Assembly (NCBI GenBank): GCA_965223705.1
Contig: OZ245015.1
Coordinates: 1,056,001-1,120,000 of the forward strand
Length of the DNA: 64,000 nt
Direction of reading: 5' to 3'
From: Myxococcota bacterium
GTDB lineage: Bacteria > Myxococcota_A > UBA9160 > UBA6930
Within the stretch, counting starts at the first letter, position 1; every line of letters begins with the position of its first letter. Below the pieces are notes generated by a model. It was not told where the DNA came from. It made no database searches and saw only the letters and a list, made by a program, of their open reading frames with translations. This document shows, piece after piece, positions 19,378 to 30,265 of the stretch. A program made the translations under genes and the position numbers.

Positions 19378-20739
19378 GTGGCAAACGAAGAACAATGCGA
19401 GGTGGCCGTCATCGGCGCCGGTCTGGCCGGGAGCGAGGCGGCGTTTCAGCTCGCTAAGCGCGGCCGTTCGGTCGCGCTGTATGAAATGCGCCCCACCGTC
19501 ACGTCCCCGGCGCACTTCACGCGAGAGTTTGCAGAGCTCGTCTGCAGCAATTCGCTGCGCTCGGATCAGCGAAGCAACGCCGTGGGGCTCCTCAAGGAAG
19601 AGATGCGTCGCGTGGGTTCGCTGGTGCTGGCCGAAGCCGATGCGCACGCGGTGCCGGCCGGGCGCGCCCTCGCGGTTGATCGCACGGAATTCTCCCGCGC
19701 GATCACCACGCGTCTCGAGGGCGACCCGAACGTCGACGTCCGGCGAGCGTGTGTCGAAGATCTCGAGGCGATGAGCGAGGCGTTCGGCGCCGTCGTGGTC
19801 GCCACCGGGCCGCTCACGGCGAGCGCGCTCGCGGACGACCTGCAGCGCCGCATCGGCGAGTCGTCCCTCTATTTCTACGACGCGATTTCGCCGCTGGTCT
19901 ACAGCGATTCACTGAACTACGACGTCATCTTTCGCGCGTCGCGCTACGACGAGGGTGAGGGCGACTATCTGAATGTCCCCCTCGACGAAGAGGCTTATCG
20001 CGCGCTGGTCGAAGGCCTCGTCGAAGCCGACCCGGTCCCACTCCATTCGTTCGAGAAGCGGCTTTTCTTCGAGGGGTGTCTGCCGGTCGAAGAGATGGCG
20101 CGGCGCGGTCCCGAAACCCTGGCCCACGGTCCTTTGAAGCCCGTCGGTCTCGACGATCCGCGCACCGGCCGAAGGCCCTACGCGGTCATTCAACTCCGCC
20201 AAGAAGACAAGCGCGGTGTGCTCTACAACATGGTCGGGTTTCAGACCAAGCTTCGGATCGGCGCGCAGCAAGAACTGTTGCGCGCTATTCCCGGGCTCGA
20301 AGACGCGCGCTTCGCCCGCTACGGCTCGGCTCATCGCAACACGTACGTCAATGCGCCTTGCTGCCTCGCGCCGGACCTTAGGCTCCGCGGGAGTCGCAAC
20401 GTGTTTCTCGCCGGTCAGATCACGGGCGTCGAGGGCTACGTCGAGTCCGCCGCCGTCGGTTTCCTCGCCGGGCTCTTCGCCGATGCATTTCTGCGGGGGA
20501 GCGCGACTCCCGAGCCTCCGCAGGAAACCGCGCACGCGGCGCTCCTCCGCCATTTACGGGAAGCGCCGCCGAAACGTTTCCAGCCGACGAACGTGACCTT
20601 CGGTTTGTTCCCGCCCCTCGACGCTTCGGAACGCGTGCGGGGACGGCGAGGTCAGGCGAAGCGCATCAAGCACGAACGGCTCGCGGAGCGGGCCCTGGCC
20701 GCGCTCGAGGCGGGGTGGCCCGAGGCCACGCGACCATGA
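19378..20739 (+). CDS. trmFO: FAD/folate-dependent tRNA m5U54 methyltransferase TrmFO (Gid)
   Basis: GAGLAGSEAA, AELVCSNSL, FFEGCLPVE, AGQITGVEGY. Confidence 0.96.
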   Translation: MANEEQCEVAVIGAGLAGSEAAFQLAKRGRSVALYEMRPTVTSPAHFTREFAELVCSNSLRSDQRSNAVGLLKEEMRRVGSLVLAEADAHAVPAGRALAVDRTEFSRAITTRLEGDPNVDVRRACVEDLEAMSEAFGAVVVATGPLTASALADDLQRRIGESSLYFYDAISPLVYSDSLNYDVIFRASRYDEGEGDYLNVPLDEEAYRALVEGLVEADPVPLHSFEKRLFFEGCLPVEEMARRGPETLAHGPLKPVGLDDPRTGRRPYAVIQLRQEDKRGVLYNMVGFQTKLRIGAQQELLRAIPGLEDARFARYGSAHRNTYVNAPCCLAPDLRLRGSRNVFLAGQITGVEGYVESAAVGFLAGLFADAFLRGSATPEPPQETAHAALLRHLREAPPKRFQPTNVTFGLFPPLDASERVRGRRGQAKRIKHERLAERALAALEAGWPEATRP

Positions 20740-21686
20740 CCGGCTTCGCGACCGCACTCCTCCGGTTCGAACGCCACCTCGAGAGCGAACGCGGCGCGTC
20801 CGCGCACACGCTTCGCGCTTATCTCGGCGATCTGCACGGGTTCGCCGAGTTTCTCGCAACGAGTTCGAAGCTCGATCCGTGCGAAGCGGAGACGATGGAC
20901 GTGCGTCGTTTCCTCGCATCGCTCCACGGCACGCTGTCCGCCGCGAGCATCGCGCGCAAGTTGTCCTCGCTACGCACGTTTTTCCGGTTCCTCGTCGCCG
21001 ACGGTGCGCGCGAAGCCGATCCCACGGCGGGAATCCCCGCGCCGCGAACGCCGCGTCGGCTTCCCCGTCCACTCGGCGTCGACGAGTGCAACGCGCTGAT
21101 GGAAGGGGCACAGGAAAAAGGTAGGACCCGCGAGCGCCGGGGAGATCGCGGCGCCGCGCGCGACCGCGCCCTCTTGGAATTGCTCTACGGTGCGGGCCTT
21201 CGTGTCGCGGAGGCCTGCGCGCTCGATATTCGCGACGTAGCGCTCGGTGCGACGGAAGTGCGCGTGTGGGGCAAGGGCGATAAAGAGCGCATCGTTCCAC
21301 TTCCCGCGGCAACGCGAGAAGCGATTGCCGATTATCTCGAAGAGCGGCGCCGGCCGGGGAGTCTCGGCGAACCGCTGTTCGTCGCGCTTCGCGCGGCCCC
21401 GGGGGAGAAGCCGCGTCGTCTCGATCCCCGCGACGTGCGACGGATCCTTCGCAAACGCGCTGCGGCAGTGGGGGTAGCCGGTGGCGTGCATCCGCATCGG
21501 CTGCGCCATAGCTACGCGACCCACCTCCTCGATATGGGTGCCGATCTTCGGGAAATCCAAGAACTCCTGGGACACGCGAGTCTTTCCACCACGCAGAAAT
21601 ACACCGCGGTCTCGACGACGAAATTGCTCGAGGCCTACGACAAGGCGCATCCGCGCGCGCGCAAATCGCGCCGTCGGGAGCCTTAG
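20736..21686 (+). CDS. xerC: Tyrosine recombinase XerC
   Basis: SAHTLRAY, LYGAGLR, GKGDKER, HRLRHSYATHLL, LLGHASLSTTQKY; canonical trmFO-xerC-hslVU synteny. Confidence 0.92.
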   Translation: MTGFATALLRFERHLESERGASAHTLRAYLGDLHGFAEFLATSSKLDPCEAETMDVRRFLASLHGTLSAASIARKLSSLRTFFRFLVADGAREADPTAGIPAPRTPRRLPRPLGVDECNALMEGAQEKGRTRERRGDRGAARDRALLELLYGAGLRVAEACALDIRDVALGATEVRVWGKGDKERIVPLPAATREAIADYLEERRRPGSLGEPLFVALRAAPGEKPRRLDPRDVRRILRKRAAAVGVAGGVHPHRLRHSYATHLLDMGADLREIQELLGHASLSTTQKYTAVSTTKLLEAYDKAHPRARKSRRREP

Positions 21687-21723
21687 TTCGGGGGCGCGGC
21701 TATCGTCGTGCTGAGGAGATTTC

Positions 21724-22263
21724 ATGAGCGAGAGCTTCCACGCGACGACCGTCGTCGCGGTGCTGCGCGACGGGAAGGTCGCGATGGCGTCGGACGGGCA
21801 GGTCACTCTGGGCGACGTCGTCGCGAAAGAGGGCGCCCGAAAAGTCCGCAAAACCGAGAACGGCAGCGCGTTGCTCGGTTTTGCCGGAGGTGCCGCCGAC
21901 GCGCTGACCTTGACCGAGCGGCTCGAGGCGAAGCTCGACACCCATCCGGGCAACGTGCGGCGCGCGGCGGTGGAGCTCGCACGAGATTGGCGGACCGATC
22001 GCATGCTCCGCCGCCTCGAAGCGATGCTTCTCGTAGGGGACCCGTCCTGCATCTTGATGGTTTCGGGAAACGGCGACGTGATCGAACCCGACGACGGGAT
22101 CGCGGCCATCGGTTCGGGAGGCTCCTACGCGCTGGCCGCGGCCCGGGCCCTGGCTCGGAAGACCGAACTTTCCGCGGATGAACTCGCGCGCGAATCGCTG
22201 CAGATCGCGTCGGAGATCTGCATCTACACCAACGACAGCATCAGCCTAGTGAGCTTGCCATGA
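21724..22263 (+). CDS. hslV: ATP-dependent protease subunit HslV
   Basis: HA|TTV N-terminal Thr, DGQVT, GFAGG.AD, WRTDR.LRRLEA, AIGSGG, CIYTN. Confidence 0.97.
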   Translation: MSESFHATTVVAVLRDGKVAMASDGQVTLGDVVAKEGARKVRKTENGSALLGFAGGAADALTLTERLEAKLDTHPGNVRRAAVELARDWRTDRMLRRLEAMLLVGDPSCILMVSGNGDVIEPDDGIAAIGSGGSYALAAARALARKTELSADELARESLQIASEICIYTNDSISLVSLP

Positions 22264-23615
22264 GTGAATCCTCCGGCGCGGCGGCTTTCACGCCCCGCGA
22301 AGTGGTCTCCGAACTCGATCGCTACATCGTCGGTCAACGCGAGGCGAAGCGCGCGGTCGCGATCGCGCTGCGCAATCGCTGGCGGCGTATGCAGGTCGAG
22401 GGCGATCTGCGCGACGAGATCTCGCCGAAGAACATCATCATGATCGGTCCAACGGGTGTGGGTAAGACCGAGATCGCGCGGCGGCTCGCAAAGCTCGCGA
22501 ACGCGCCGTTCCTCAAGATCGAAGCGACGAAGTTCACCGAGGTGGGCTACGTCGGGCGCGACGTCGAATCCATCGTCCGCGACCTGACCGACCTCGCCGT
22601 GAACATCGTGACGGAAGAAGAGCAGCGAACGGTCATGGCGCAGGCCGAGACGCGCGCCGAAGAACGCCTGCTCGACGCGCTGCTCCCGGAATCCGTCGGT
22701 TTTCAGGCCGAAGATGCGGGCGGGGGGCACGAGACCCGAGAAAAGCTCCGCAAGTTGCTGCGCGAAGGACAGCTCGACGAGCGCACCATCGAGGCGGATG
22801 TCAGCGACGTCAGCGGCGGGCCCCAGATGTCGATCTTCACGCCTCAAGGCGTCGAAGAGATGGGCGTCCAGTTCAAGGACATGTTGTCGGGGCTCATGCC
22901 CGACCGCACGAAGCGGCGCAAGCTCACGGTCGCAGAAGCGCGCGACGCGTTCCGAGCGGAGGAGGCCGGCCGGTTGGTCGACAAAGAGCGGGTGCGCGAG
23001 CGCGCCGTCGCTCGGGTCGAAGAATCGGGGATCGTCTTCATCGACGAAATCGACAAGGTCGCGGCCGCCGCGGAACGCAAAGGCGGCGGTGCCGACGTCT
23101 CGCGCGAAGGAGTGCAGCGCGACTTGTTGCCGATCGTCGAGGGCTCGACGGTGCAGACGAAACACGGTCCGGTCCGCACCGATCACGTCCTCTTCATCGC
23201 TTCCGGCGCGTTCCACGTCGCGAAGCCCTCCGACCTGATTCCCGAGCTCCAGGGGCGGTTTCCGATTCGCGTCGAACTCGCGAGCCTCACGCGGAAAGAT
23301 TTCGTCCGCATTCTCACGGAGCCGACGAACAGCCTGGTCCGGCAATACGGCGCGCTCTTGGCGACTGAGGGAATCGAGCTCGACTTCACCGAGAGCGGCG
23401 TCTCGGCCATCGCCGAGATCGCGGCGTCGGTCAACGAGCGCACGGACGACATCGGAGCGCGGCGGCTCCACACCGTGCTCGAGCGTCTCCTCGAAGAAGT
23501 GAGCTTCGATGCGCCGGACAACGCCGGCCGCACGCTGACCGTCGACGCGCATTTCGTGAATGAAAGGCTCGCCGAATTGGTGCGTGACGAGGACCTCTCG
23601 CGTTATATCCTCTAG
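22260..23615 (+). CDS. hslU: ATP-dependent protease ATPase subunit HslU
   Basis: [35 protein letters not shown]-terminal DLSRYIL. Confidence 0.97.
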   Translation: MSESSGAAAFTPREVVSELDRYIVGQREAKRAVAIALRNRWRRMQVEGDLRDEISPKNIIMIGPTGVGKTEIARRLAKLANAPFLKIEATKFTEVGYVGRDVESIVRDLTDLAVNIVTEEEQRTVMAQAETRAEERLLDALLPESVGFQAEDAGGGHETREKLRKLLREGQLDERTIEADVSDVSGGPQMSIFTPQGVEEMGVQFKDMLSGLMPDRTKRRKLTVAEARDAFRAEEAGRLVDKERVRERAVARVEESGIVFIDEIDKVAAAAERKGGGADVSREGVQRDLLPIVEGSTVQTKHGPVRTDHVLFIASGAFHVAKPSDLIPELQGRFPIRVELASLTRKDFVRILTEPTNSLVRQYGALLATEGIELDFTESGVSAIAEIAASVNERTDDIGARRLHTVLERLLEEVSFDAPDNAGRTLTVDAHFVNERLAELVRDEDLSRYIL

Positions 23616-23629
23616 CGCGTGGGGGGAAC

Positions 23630-25297
23630 ATGGATTCCGATCGGGTCGATGAGCAGGATCTGGCCGGTGCGGGGGCTGGCACCCGCAACACAGCGAAGAT
23701 CCTCGTCGTAGACGACGAGCGCTTCTTTCGGGAGCGGATCGGAGACGTGCTGTCCGAGGCCTCGCTGCCGTTCGTCATGGCGGAGACGGGGGAGGAGGCT
23801 CTCGAGGCGGGCGTCGATCCGCAGGTCGGGGCGGTCATCCTCGATATCGAGCTCCCGGACGTGTCGGGGCTCGAGGTGTTCCGGCAGCTGCGCGAAAAGC
23901 GCCCCGATCTTCGCGTCATCGTGCTGTCGGCCCACACCCACCAGGAATACGTTCTCGAAGCGCTGCGCCTCGGGGCATGCGATTACCTGGCGAAGCCGAT
24001 CCACGACGAAGAACTCACCCTGGCCGCCCGCCGGGCGGTCGAGAGCTTCGAGCTCGCGCGCGACCGACAGTTGCTCGAGCGCCGCCTCGACGGGCTCGCG
24101 GAAGCCTCGGCGAACCTCTCGGCGATCGGCGTCGAAGACGATCCCCAGGCCCGCGAGCTCGAGATCGCCGCCGCCGCGGTGAGGAGCACCGCGGAGCTTC
24201 TCGATGCGGCGAAAACCTCGTTGATGCGCCTCGATGCCGAGGGCGAATTGTTGCGCGTCGTCGCCGTTCACGGCCGCAAGCGCGATCTCCACCGGATGGA
24301 CGCCGTGCGCCTCGGCGACGAAGTCGCCGGTCGCGTCGCGGCGGGTGGTGAACCGCTGCTCGTCGAAGATACCGATCGCGATCCGCGCTACAGCGGGCGC
24401 GGCACGAACCAGCGCTACGACTCCCGTTCGTTTCTCATCGTGCCCCTCCCGGGGCTCGGCACCCGCCCGGGTGTTCTGTGTGCGACGGATCGACGCGACG
24501 GCCTCGCGTTCGGTCGGGAGGAGCTGACCACGTTGCAGGTGCTCGCGGCGCAGGTCGGGGAGCTTCTCGGCCGCGAGCCGGCCGCGGAAACCGACCTTCT
24601 CGAAGCGGCGATGGAAGAGGACCCGCCGACCGCGGTCGAGGACACGTTCGACGCGCCCATGAGCGCGGAAGCGGAGATGGCGCGCGCCGTCTGCGACGCG
24701 GTTACCGCGGACATCGATCCGGCGCGCTTCCTCCCGGCGGCGTTGTCGCGCGTCGCCGAGGCGCTTCAAGCCGAGCCGGTGTCGATCTACCTGCACAACC
24801 CGAACGCGCGCGAACCCGAGCTCGTGCTCGAAGCGCAGTGCGCTGTCGGGACGCGAGCCGACCGGCCGCGGCTCGCTGCGACCCGCGGACTCACCGGCAC
24901 CGTTCTCTCCACCGGGCACCTCGTGGCGAGCGCCGCACCCACCGAGGATCCGCGCTACGACCCGGGCATCGACGCTCCTGCCGACGGCGAACCCGGCGCG
25001 TTCCTGTGCGGGCCGCTCCGCTTCCGAGACAAGACGCTGGGCGTCTTCCGCGTGTTTTTGAGCGACCCCGCGGCGTGTCGCCCGCGCATGGGAGAGCTCC
25101 TCGGGGCCGTTCTGGGCGCGGCGCTGCGCAACGCTCTTCTGTACCGTTCTCTGGTCGAAACAATCGAGGAGTCCGCGAAGCAGGCGGCACCCGCGAACCG
25201 ATCGAGGCCCCGTGGGCGCGGCGGGCAGCGGGCAGAACCCAAACCGGCTGGAGCTCCCGCACAGGGTCCGGCCGCGGAATCGACCGAGCGCCCCTGA
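23630..25297 (+). CDS. Response regulator with REC plus two GAF-like domains
   Basis: [23 protein letters not shown]-like [20 protein letters not shown] and TGTVLSTG...EDPRY. Confidence 0.8.
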   Translation: MDSDRVDEQDLAGAGAGTRNTAKILVVDDERFFRERIGDVLSEASLPFVMAETGEEALEAGVDPQVGAVILDIELPDVSGLEVFRQLREKRPDLRVIVLSAHTHQEYVLEALRLGACDYLAKPIHDEELTLAARRAVESFELARDRQLLERRLDGLAEASANLSAIGVEDDPQARELEIAAAAVRSTAELLDAAKTSLMRLDAEGELLRVVAVHGRKRDLHRMDAVRLGDEVAGRVAAGGEPLLVEDTDRDPRYSGRGTNQRYDSRSFLIVPLPGLGTRPGVLCATDRRDGLAFGREELTTLQVLAAQVGELLGREPAAETDLLEAAMEEDPPTAVEDTFDAPMSAEAEMARAVCDAVTADIDPARFLPAALSRVAEALQAEPVSIYLHNPNAREPELVLEAQCAVGTRADRPRLAATRGLTGTVLSTGHLVASAAPTEDPRYDPGIDAPADGEPGAFLCGPLRFRDKTLGVFRVFLSDPAACRPRMGELLGAVLGAALRNALLYRSLVETIEESAKQAAPANRSRPRGRGGQRAEPKPAGAPAQGPAAESTERP

Positions 25298-25335
25298 CGC
25301 TCGGTCAACGCGCTTTAAGGCGCGGGAACGGCACC

Positions 25336-26190
25336 GTGGTAGAGGATTGGATCGCCAAAGCGGAAGTGCTGGTCGAAGCGCTTCCGTACATCCGACGTTT
25401 CTCCGACAAGGTCGTCGTCATCAAGTACGGCGGCGCGGCGATGGTCTCCGAGGAACTGCGCACGTCCTTCGCGGTCGATGTGGTTCTCCTCAAGTACATC
25501 GGGATGCGCCCGGTGATCGTCCACGGCGGCGGCCCGCAGATCGGCGAAGCGCTCGCCCGCCTGGGCAAGGAATCGCAGTTCATTGACGGTCTGCGGGTGA
25601 CGGACGACGAAACGATGGATGTCGTCGAGATGGTTCTCGGGGGCAAAGTGAATCGCGAGATCGTCGAACGCATGCACCGAGCTGGCGGCCGCGCGGTGGG
25701 CCTCAACGGGACCGACGGGGAGATGCTTCGCGTCAAGCGAAAGCTCCACAACGGGCAAGATATCGGTCGCGTGGGCGAAGTCGTCGCGATTCATCCGGAA
25801 CCCTTGGAAGCGATCGCCGACAACGGCTTTATCCCCGTGGTCGCGCCGATCGGCGTCGACGCTGAAGGTACGACGTACAACGTGAACGCCGACGAAGCCG
25901 CGGGCGCGGTGGCGCGCGCGCTGCGTGCGGAAAAGCTCGTGTTGCTGACCGACGTGGCGGGCGTCCTCGATCGCGACGGCGAGCGGATTTCGCAGCTCTC
26001 GAAATCGGAGGTCGACAAAGCCATCGACGAAGGGACGATCCAAGGCGGCATGATTCCGAAGGTGCAGTGCTGTCTCGACGCGATTGCGGGCGGCGCACGT
26101 CGCGCGCACATCATCGACGGCCGCGTCCCCCACGCCTTGCTCCTCGAGATTTTCACCGACGGCGGCGTCGGCACGCTGTTGACGGATTAG
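25336..26190 (+). CDS. argB: Acetylglutamate kinase
   Basis: [41 protein letters not shown]; start placed at GTG 25336. Confidence 0.96.
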   Translation: MVEDWIAKAEVLVEALPYIRRFSDKVVVIKYGGAAMVSEELRTSFAVDVVLLKYIGMRPVIVHGGGPQIGEALARLGKESQFIDGLRVTDDETMDVVEMVLGGKVNREIVERMHRAGGRAVGLNGTDGEMLRVKRKLHNGQDIGRVGEVVAIHPEPLEAIADNGFIPVVAPIGVDAEGTTYNVNADEAAGAVARALRAEKLVLLTDVAGVLDRDGERISQLSKSEVDKAIDEGTIQGGMIPKVQCCLDAIAGGARRAHIIDGRVPHALLLEIFTDGGVGTLLTD

Positions 26191-26192
26191 TC

Positions 26193-27119
26193 GTGCCGAA
26201 AGATTTCCTGAGCCTGGGCGATTGGTCCGCCGACGAACTCGAAGCGCTACTCACCCGCGCCGCCGAGCTGAAACGCCTGCAGGTCAAGGGTGAGAGGCCT
26301 CAGACCCTCTTGGGCCGCACCCTCGCGATGTACTTCGAGCATCCGTCGTTACGGACCCACGTGACCTTCGAGGCCGGCATGACCCAGCTCGGCGGCCACG
26401 CCATTTTTCTGACCGGGGACCAGGTGGGAATCGGGCGTCGCGAATCCGCGCCCGACGTCGCCCGCAATCTATCGCGCTGGGTCGACGGCCTGGTCGCCAG
26501 GACCGCGCGGCATGAGCTGGTCGAGAGCCTGGCGGCGGAAGCCGACATCCCCGTGATCAACGCGCTGACCGATCGCTTCCACCCGTGTCAGGCGATGGCC
26601 GACCTGTTGGCCATGAGCGAGCGCCGGGCGGTATCGGACATCCGCTTGGCGTTCGTCGGCGATGGAAACAACGTGGCCAACAGCTTGTCGATGGCCGCGG
26701 CAGTGCTGGGCTTCCAATTCGCGCTCGCCACGCCCCCGAGCTATCGCCCGCCGCCCGAGATTTGGGATGAAGCGCTACGTCTGGCGGAATCGAGTGGCGC
26801 CGCCCTTCACTGGACAGAAGACCCGCGGGAAGCCGTCGCCGACGCGGAGTTCGTCTACACCGATGTCTGGGCGAGCATGGGGCAGGAATCCGAGGCGGCC
26901 GCCCGCCGCGCGGTGTTTGCGCCGTATCAGGTGAACGCCGAGCTCCTCGCTGCGGCACCGGCCGGCGCCTACGTCATGCACGATTTACCGGCCCATCGCG
27001 GAGAGGAAATCACCGACGACGTGCTCGACGGTCCCCAGAGCATCGTGCTCGACCAGGCCGAAAATCGCCTCCACGCGCAGAAAGCGATCCTCGAACGGCT
27101 GATCTCTCCGCCAGCGTAG
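26193..27119 (+). CDS. argF: Ornithine carbamoyltransferase
   Basis: KDFLS, PSLRT, HPCQ, GDGNNV, TDVWASMG, HDLPAHRGEEI, QAENRLH. Confidence 0.92.
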   Translation: MPKDFLSLGDWSADELEALLTRAAELKRLQVKGERPQTLLGRTLAMYFEHPSLRTHVTFEAGMTQLGGHAIFLTGDQVGIGRRESAPDVARNLSRWVDGLVARTARHELVESLAAEADIPVINALTDRFHPCQAMADLLAMSERRAVSDIRLAFVGDGNNVANSLSMAAAVLGFQFALATPPSYRPPPEIWDEALRLAESSGAALHWTEDPREAVADAEFVYTDVWASMGQESEAAARRAVFAPYQVNAELLAAAPAGAYVMHDLPAHRGEEITDDVLDGPQSIVLDQAENRLHAQKAILERLISPPA

Positions 27120-27206
27120 AACCCACTACGCGAATCGAGGGTTTTCGGCCCCGAAGCATCGTTCTTTTTTCCCCATCCGTTCTCATCCAGGCCCGGCAAC
27201 TGGCCG

Positions 27207-28652
27207 ATGAAGCCTGCGAAGTCCTGGGACCCGATTCGTTCGCGGTCTCGGGGGAGGGGTGAATTGGTCGAGTCGCGACGCAAGGCGGATTCGCGGGACC
27301 GAGCGCCGGCGCTTGCGCCGGGGTGCAATCCCATGGATCTGCCGTTGTCGCCCGAAGAGGGTTACCTGCTCTCTCGGGTGGACGGTCGGACCTCGCGCGC
27401 GGAGCTCCGCCAGATCGGCGGGATGCCCGGGGTCGAAGTCGACCGCTGTCTCGAGCGTTGGGCCAAGGAAGGCATCATCGAGCTCGACGGGGTGCGTGCG
27501 GAGCGCGCGGAGAATCCGCCCGCCCGCGAGGTGGAACCCGAGACGACGACACCTCCTCGGCAGGATCCGCCGCTCGCCGAGGCCCATGCGTCTCCCGCCG
27601 TCAATCGCGCGGAAATCGACGACAGCCTCGACCTCTCCGTAGAATTTCAAGAAGAGATCCAGGTCTTCCTCCTGCGAATCGAGGATCCGTACCACGAGAT
27701 TCTGGGCGTCGACATCGATGCCGACGCGAAGACCATCAAGAAGGCGTACTTCGGACTCTCGAAGAGCTATCACCCAGATCGCTACTTCCGGAAAAACCTG
27801 GGCCCTTACGCCGAGTACCTCGACCGCATCTTCAAGCGCGTTCTCGAGGCCTATGAGCTTCTTTCCGACCCCATCACGCGAGAAGAAGTGCAGCGCGAGC
27901 TGCGACAAGCGAAAGCCGCCGCGCCCGAAGCGGAAGCGCCTTCGGCCGAGACGCCGGAAGCGCCGGCCGCCGACGTCGAAGCCACGTCGGAGGAAACGCC
28001 TGCGGGCGCGCCGCCCGAGGTGGAAGAGACCGAGCTGCCGCCCAGCGTCAGCGCTCCGAAGGGTCCGAAAATCGATCCGCGGGTCGCCGCGCGCCGTTTG
28101 CGCGACCTGCGCCGACAAAAGCTTCGCGGTGGTTTCGTCGACCGCCGGGCGAAAGCGAAGAAGTACTTCGAATCGGGCATGTCGGCATTTCGCCAGGAGC
28201 GCTGGCTCGAAGCCGCCGGCAGTGTTCGCCTGGCGATCGCTTTCGATCCAAAGAATCAGGCGTTTCGAGAATCCTTCGCCGAGGTGCAGACCAAAGCTCA
28301 CGGCGAGCGCGCGAAGTCGCTCATCGCGGAAGCGGAGAAGCATCTCGACATGCGCGAGTACGGCGACGCGCTCCGCTGCTTCGGGGATGCGATCCACTAT
28401 CGCCCCTTCGACGGCGATCTCTTGTTCAAAGCGGCCAAGCTTTGCTGGCAGGTGGACGACGACCTCCATCAGGCGAAGGAATGGGGCATGGCCGCGTGCG
28501 AGCTGGACCCCGAGAACGCGGCGTATCACCGAGTTCTCGGACAGATCTACAAGGCGGCGGGCCTGACTGCGAACGCCCGTCGGGAACTACAAGCGGCGGT
28601 TCGTCTGGATTCTCAGGATGCCGAGGCCGCCGCAGAGCTGAAGAGCCTTTAG
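27207..28652 (+). CDS. J-domain co-chaperone with N-terminal wHTH-like domain and C-terminal TPRs (start uncertain; ATG 27333 possible)
   Basis: J-domain DPYHEILGV...IKKAY..LSKSYHPDRY with intact HPD; TPR repeats in the last ~170 aa. Confidence 0.85.
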   Translation: MKPAKSWDPIRSRSRGRGELVESRRKADSRDRAPALAPGCNPMDLPLSPEEGYLLSRVDGRTSRAELRQIGGMPGVEVDRCLERWAKEGIIELDGVRAERAENPPAREVEPETTTPPRQDPPLAEAHASPAVNRAEIDDSLDLSVEFQEEIQVFLLRIEDPYHEILGVDIDADAKTIKKAYFGLSKSYHPDRYFRKNLGPYAEYLDRIFKRVLEAYELLSDPITREEVQRELRQAKAAAPEAEAPSAETPEAPAADVEATSEETPAGAPPEVEETELPPSVSAPKGPKIDPRVAARRLRDLRRQKLRGGFVDRRAKAKKYFESGMSAFRQERWLEAAGSVRLAIAFDPKNQAFRESFAEVQTKAHGERAKSLIAEAEKHLDMREYGDALRCFGDAIHYRPFDGDLLFKAAKLCWQVDDDLHQAKEWGMAACELDPENAAYHRVLGQIYKAAGLTANARRELQAAVRLDSQDAEAAAELKSL

Positions 28653-28691
28653 CGCGCCTTACGGCGCACGAGTCGAGTTGGGAGGAGGGTT

Positions 28692-30263
28692 ATGAGTCGG
28701 GTAATTGGGATCGATCTGGGGACGACGAATTCGTGCGTCGCCATTATCGAGAACGGACAGCCGAGCGTGATTCCGAACGCGGGAGGCTACAAGACAACGC
28801 CCTCGATGTTCGCGGTGACACAAGACGGGAAGCGTCTCGTCGGACACCTGGCAAAACGGCAAGCCATCACGAACGCCGACAACACCGTCTTCGCTGCGAA
28901 GCGGTTGATCGGTCGTCGCTTCGACGACGCCGAGGTGCAGCGGTCGATCGATCTCTGTCCCTACGCGATCGTCGAAGGCCCGAACGAAGATCCGCGGATC
29001 GAGGTCGGCGGCAAGGTGTTCACCTGCCCGGAGATCTCCGCGATCATCTTGCGCGAGATGAAGCGGGTTGCGGAGGAATATCTCGGCGAGCCCGTGCAGG
29101 AAGCCGTGATCACGGTCCCCGCCTACTTCAACGACGCACAGCGCCAGAGCACGAAAGACGCGGGGCGGATCGCGGGACTCGAAGTGCTGCGCATCATCAA
29201 CGAGCCGACGGCCGCTGCGCTGATGTACGGCTTCGGGAAGAAGGGCGAAGAAAAAATCGCTGTGTACGACCTGGGCGGCGGTACCTTCGATATCTCGATC
29301 CTCGAGATGGCCGACGGGGTGCTCGAAGTCTTGGCCACCGCGGGGAACACGTTCCTCGGCGGCGAAGATTTCGACCGCCGCGTCGTGAACCACCTGATCG
29401 AACGTTTCAACGAGACCGACGGGATCGATCTCCGCACCGACAACATGGCGCTCCAGCGCCTGAAGGACGCCGCGGAAAAAGCCAAGTGCGATCTCTCCCA
29501 GCGTGAATCTTCCGAAATCAACTTGCCGTTTATCGCGAGTGACTCGGACGGGCCGCGCCATCTTTCGCTCGAACTCACGCGTGAAACGCTCGAAGGCCTC
29601 GTGCACGACATCGTGAACGGCACGCTCAAGACCGTCGAGCAGTGCCTCGCGGATTCGGGACTTCAGGCGAACGAGATCGACCAGGTCATCCTCGTCGGCG
29701 GCCAAACGCGGATGCCGCTTGTGCAACAGGCCGTCGCCGATTATTTCGGGACGCGACCGAACAAGGGCGTCAATCCGGACGAGGTCGTCGCCGTCGGCGC
29801 CGCGATTCAGGGCGAAGCATTGGTCTCCGAGGACAACAGCTTGCTGCTCCTCGATGTGACGCCGCTCTCGCTCGGCATCGCGACCTTCGGTGGTCACTTC
29901 ACCGCGCTGATCGAACGCAACACCACCGTGCCGGTGCGCAAGTCACACATCTTCACGACAACCCGAGACAATCAGACCGCGGTCAAGATTCGGGTTCTCC
30001 AAGGTGAATCGTTGGTCGCCGCCGAGAACGATCTTCTCGGAGAGTTCGTTCTCACCGGGATCCGTCAGGCGCCCAAGGGCGAGCCGGAAATCGACGTCGC
30101 CTTTGACATCGACGCGAACGGCATCGTCAGCGTGTCGGCGCGCGACCTCCAAACGAGCAAGGAACAGTCCATCACCGTGAGCGCGACCGGAACGCTCTCC
30201 GAAGAAGAGGTCCAGCGGATCATCGAAGAGCAGGAGCTCTACGAAGTCGAGCTCAAGAAGTAG
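28692..30263 (+). CDS. dnaK: Hsp70/DnaK paralogue lacking most of the C-terminal helical lid (523 aa)
   Basis: [42 protein letters not shown], linker [12 protein letters not shown]; strong SD GGAGGAGG. Confidence 0.92.
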   Translation: MSRVIGIDLGTTNSCVAIIENGQPSVIPNAGGYKTTPSMFAVTQDGKRLVGHLAKRQAITNADNTVFAAKRLIGRRFDDAEVQRSIDLCPYAIVEGPNEDPRIEVGGKVFTCPEISAIILREMKRVAEEYLGEPVQEAVITVPAYFNDAQRQSTKDAGRIAGLEVLRIINEPTAAALMYGFGKKGEEKIAVYDLGGGTFDISILEMADGVLEVLATAGNTFLGGEDFDRRVVNHLIERFNETDGIDLRTDNMALQRLKDAAEKAKCDLSQRESSEINLPFIASDSDGPRHLSLELTRETLEGLVHDIVNGTLKTVEQCLADSGLQANEIDQVILVGGQTRMPLVQQAVADYFGTRPNKGVNPDEVVAVGAAIQGEALVSEDNSLLLLDVTPLSLGIATFGGHFTALIERNTTVPVRKSHIFTTTRDNQTAVKIRVLQGESLVAAENDLLGEFVLTGIRQAPKGEPEIDVAFDIDANGIVSVSARDLQTSKEQSITVSATGTLSEEEVQRIIEEQELYEVELKK

Positions 30264-30265
30264 GG

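Noticed and set aside
20736..21686. Phage or island integrase
   Set aside because: Size, motifs and trmFO-xerC-hslVU synteny indicate housekeeping XerC
24478..25335. Long N-terminal extension of ArgB (570-aa ORF)
   Set aside because: Off-frame overlap with the REC-GAF gene; ArgB homology begins at 25336
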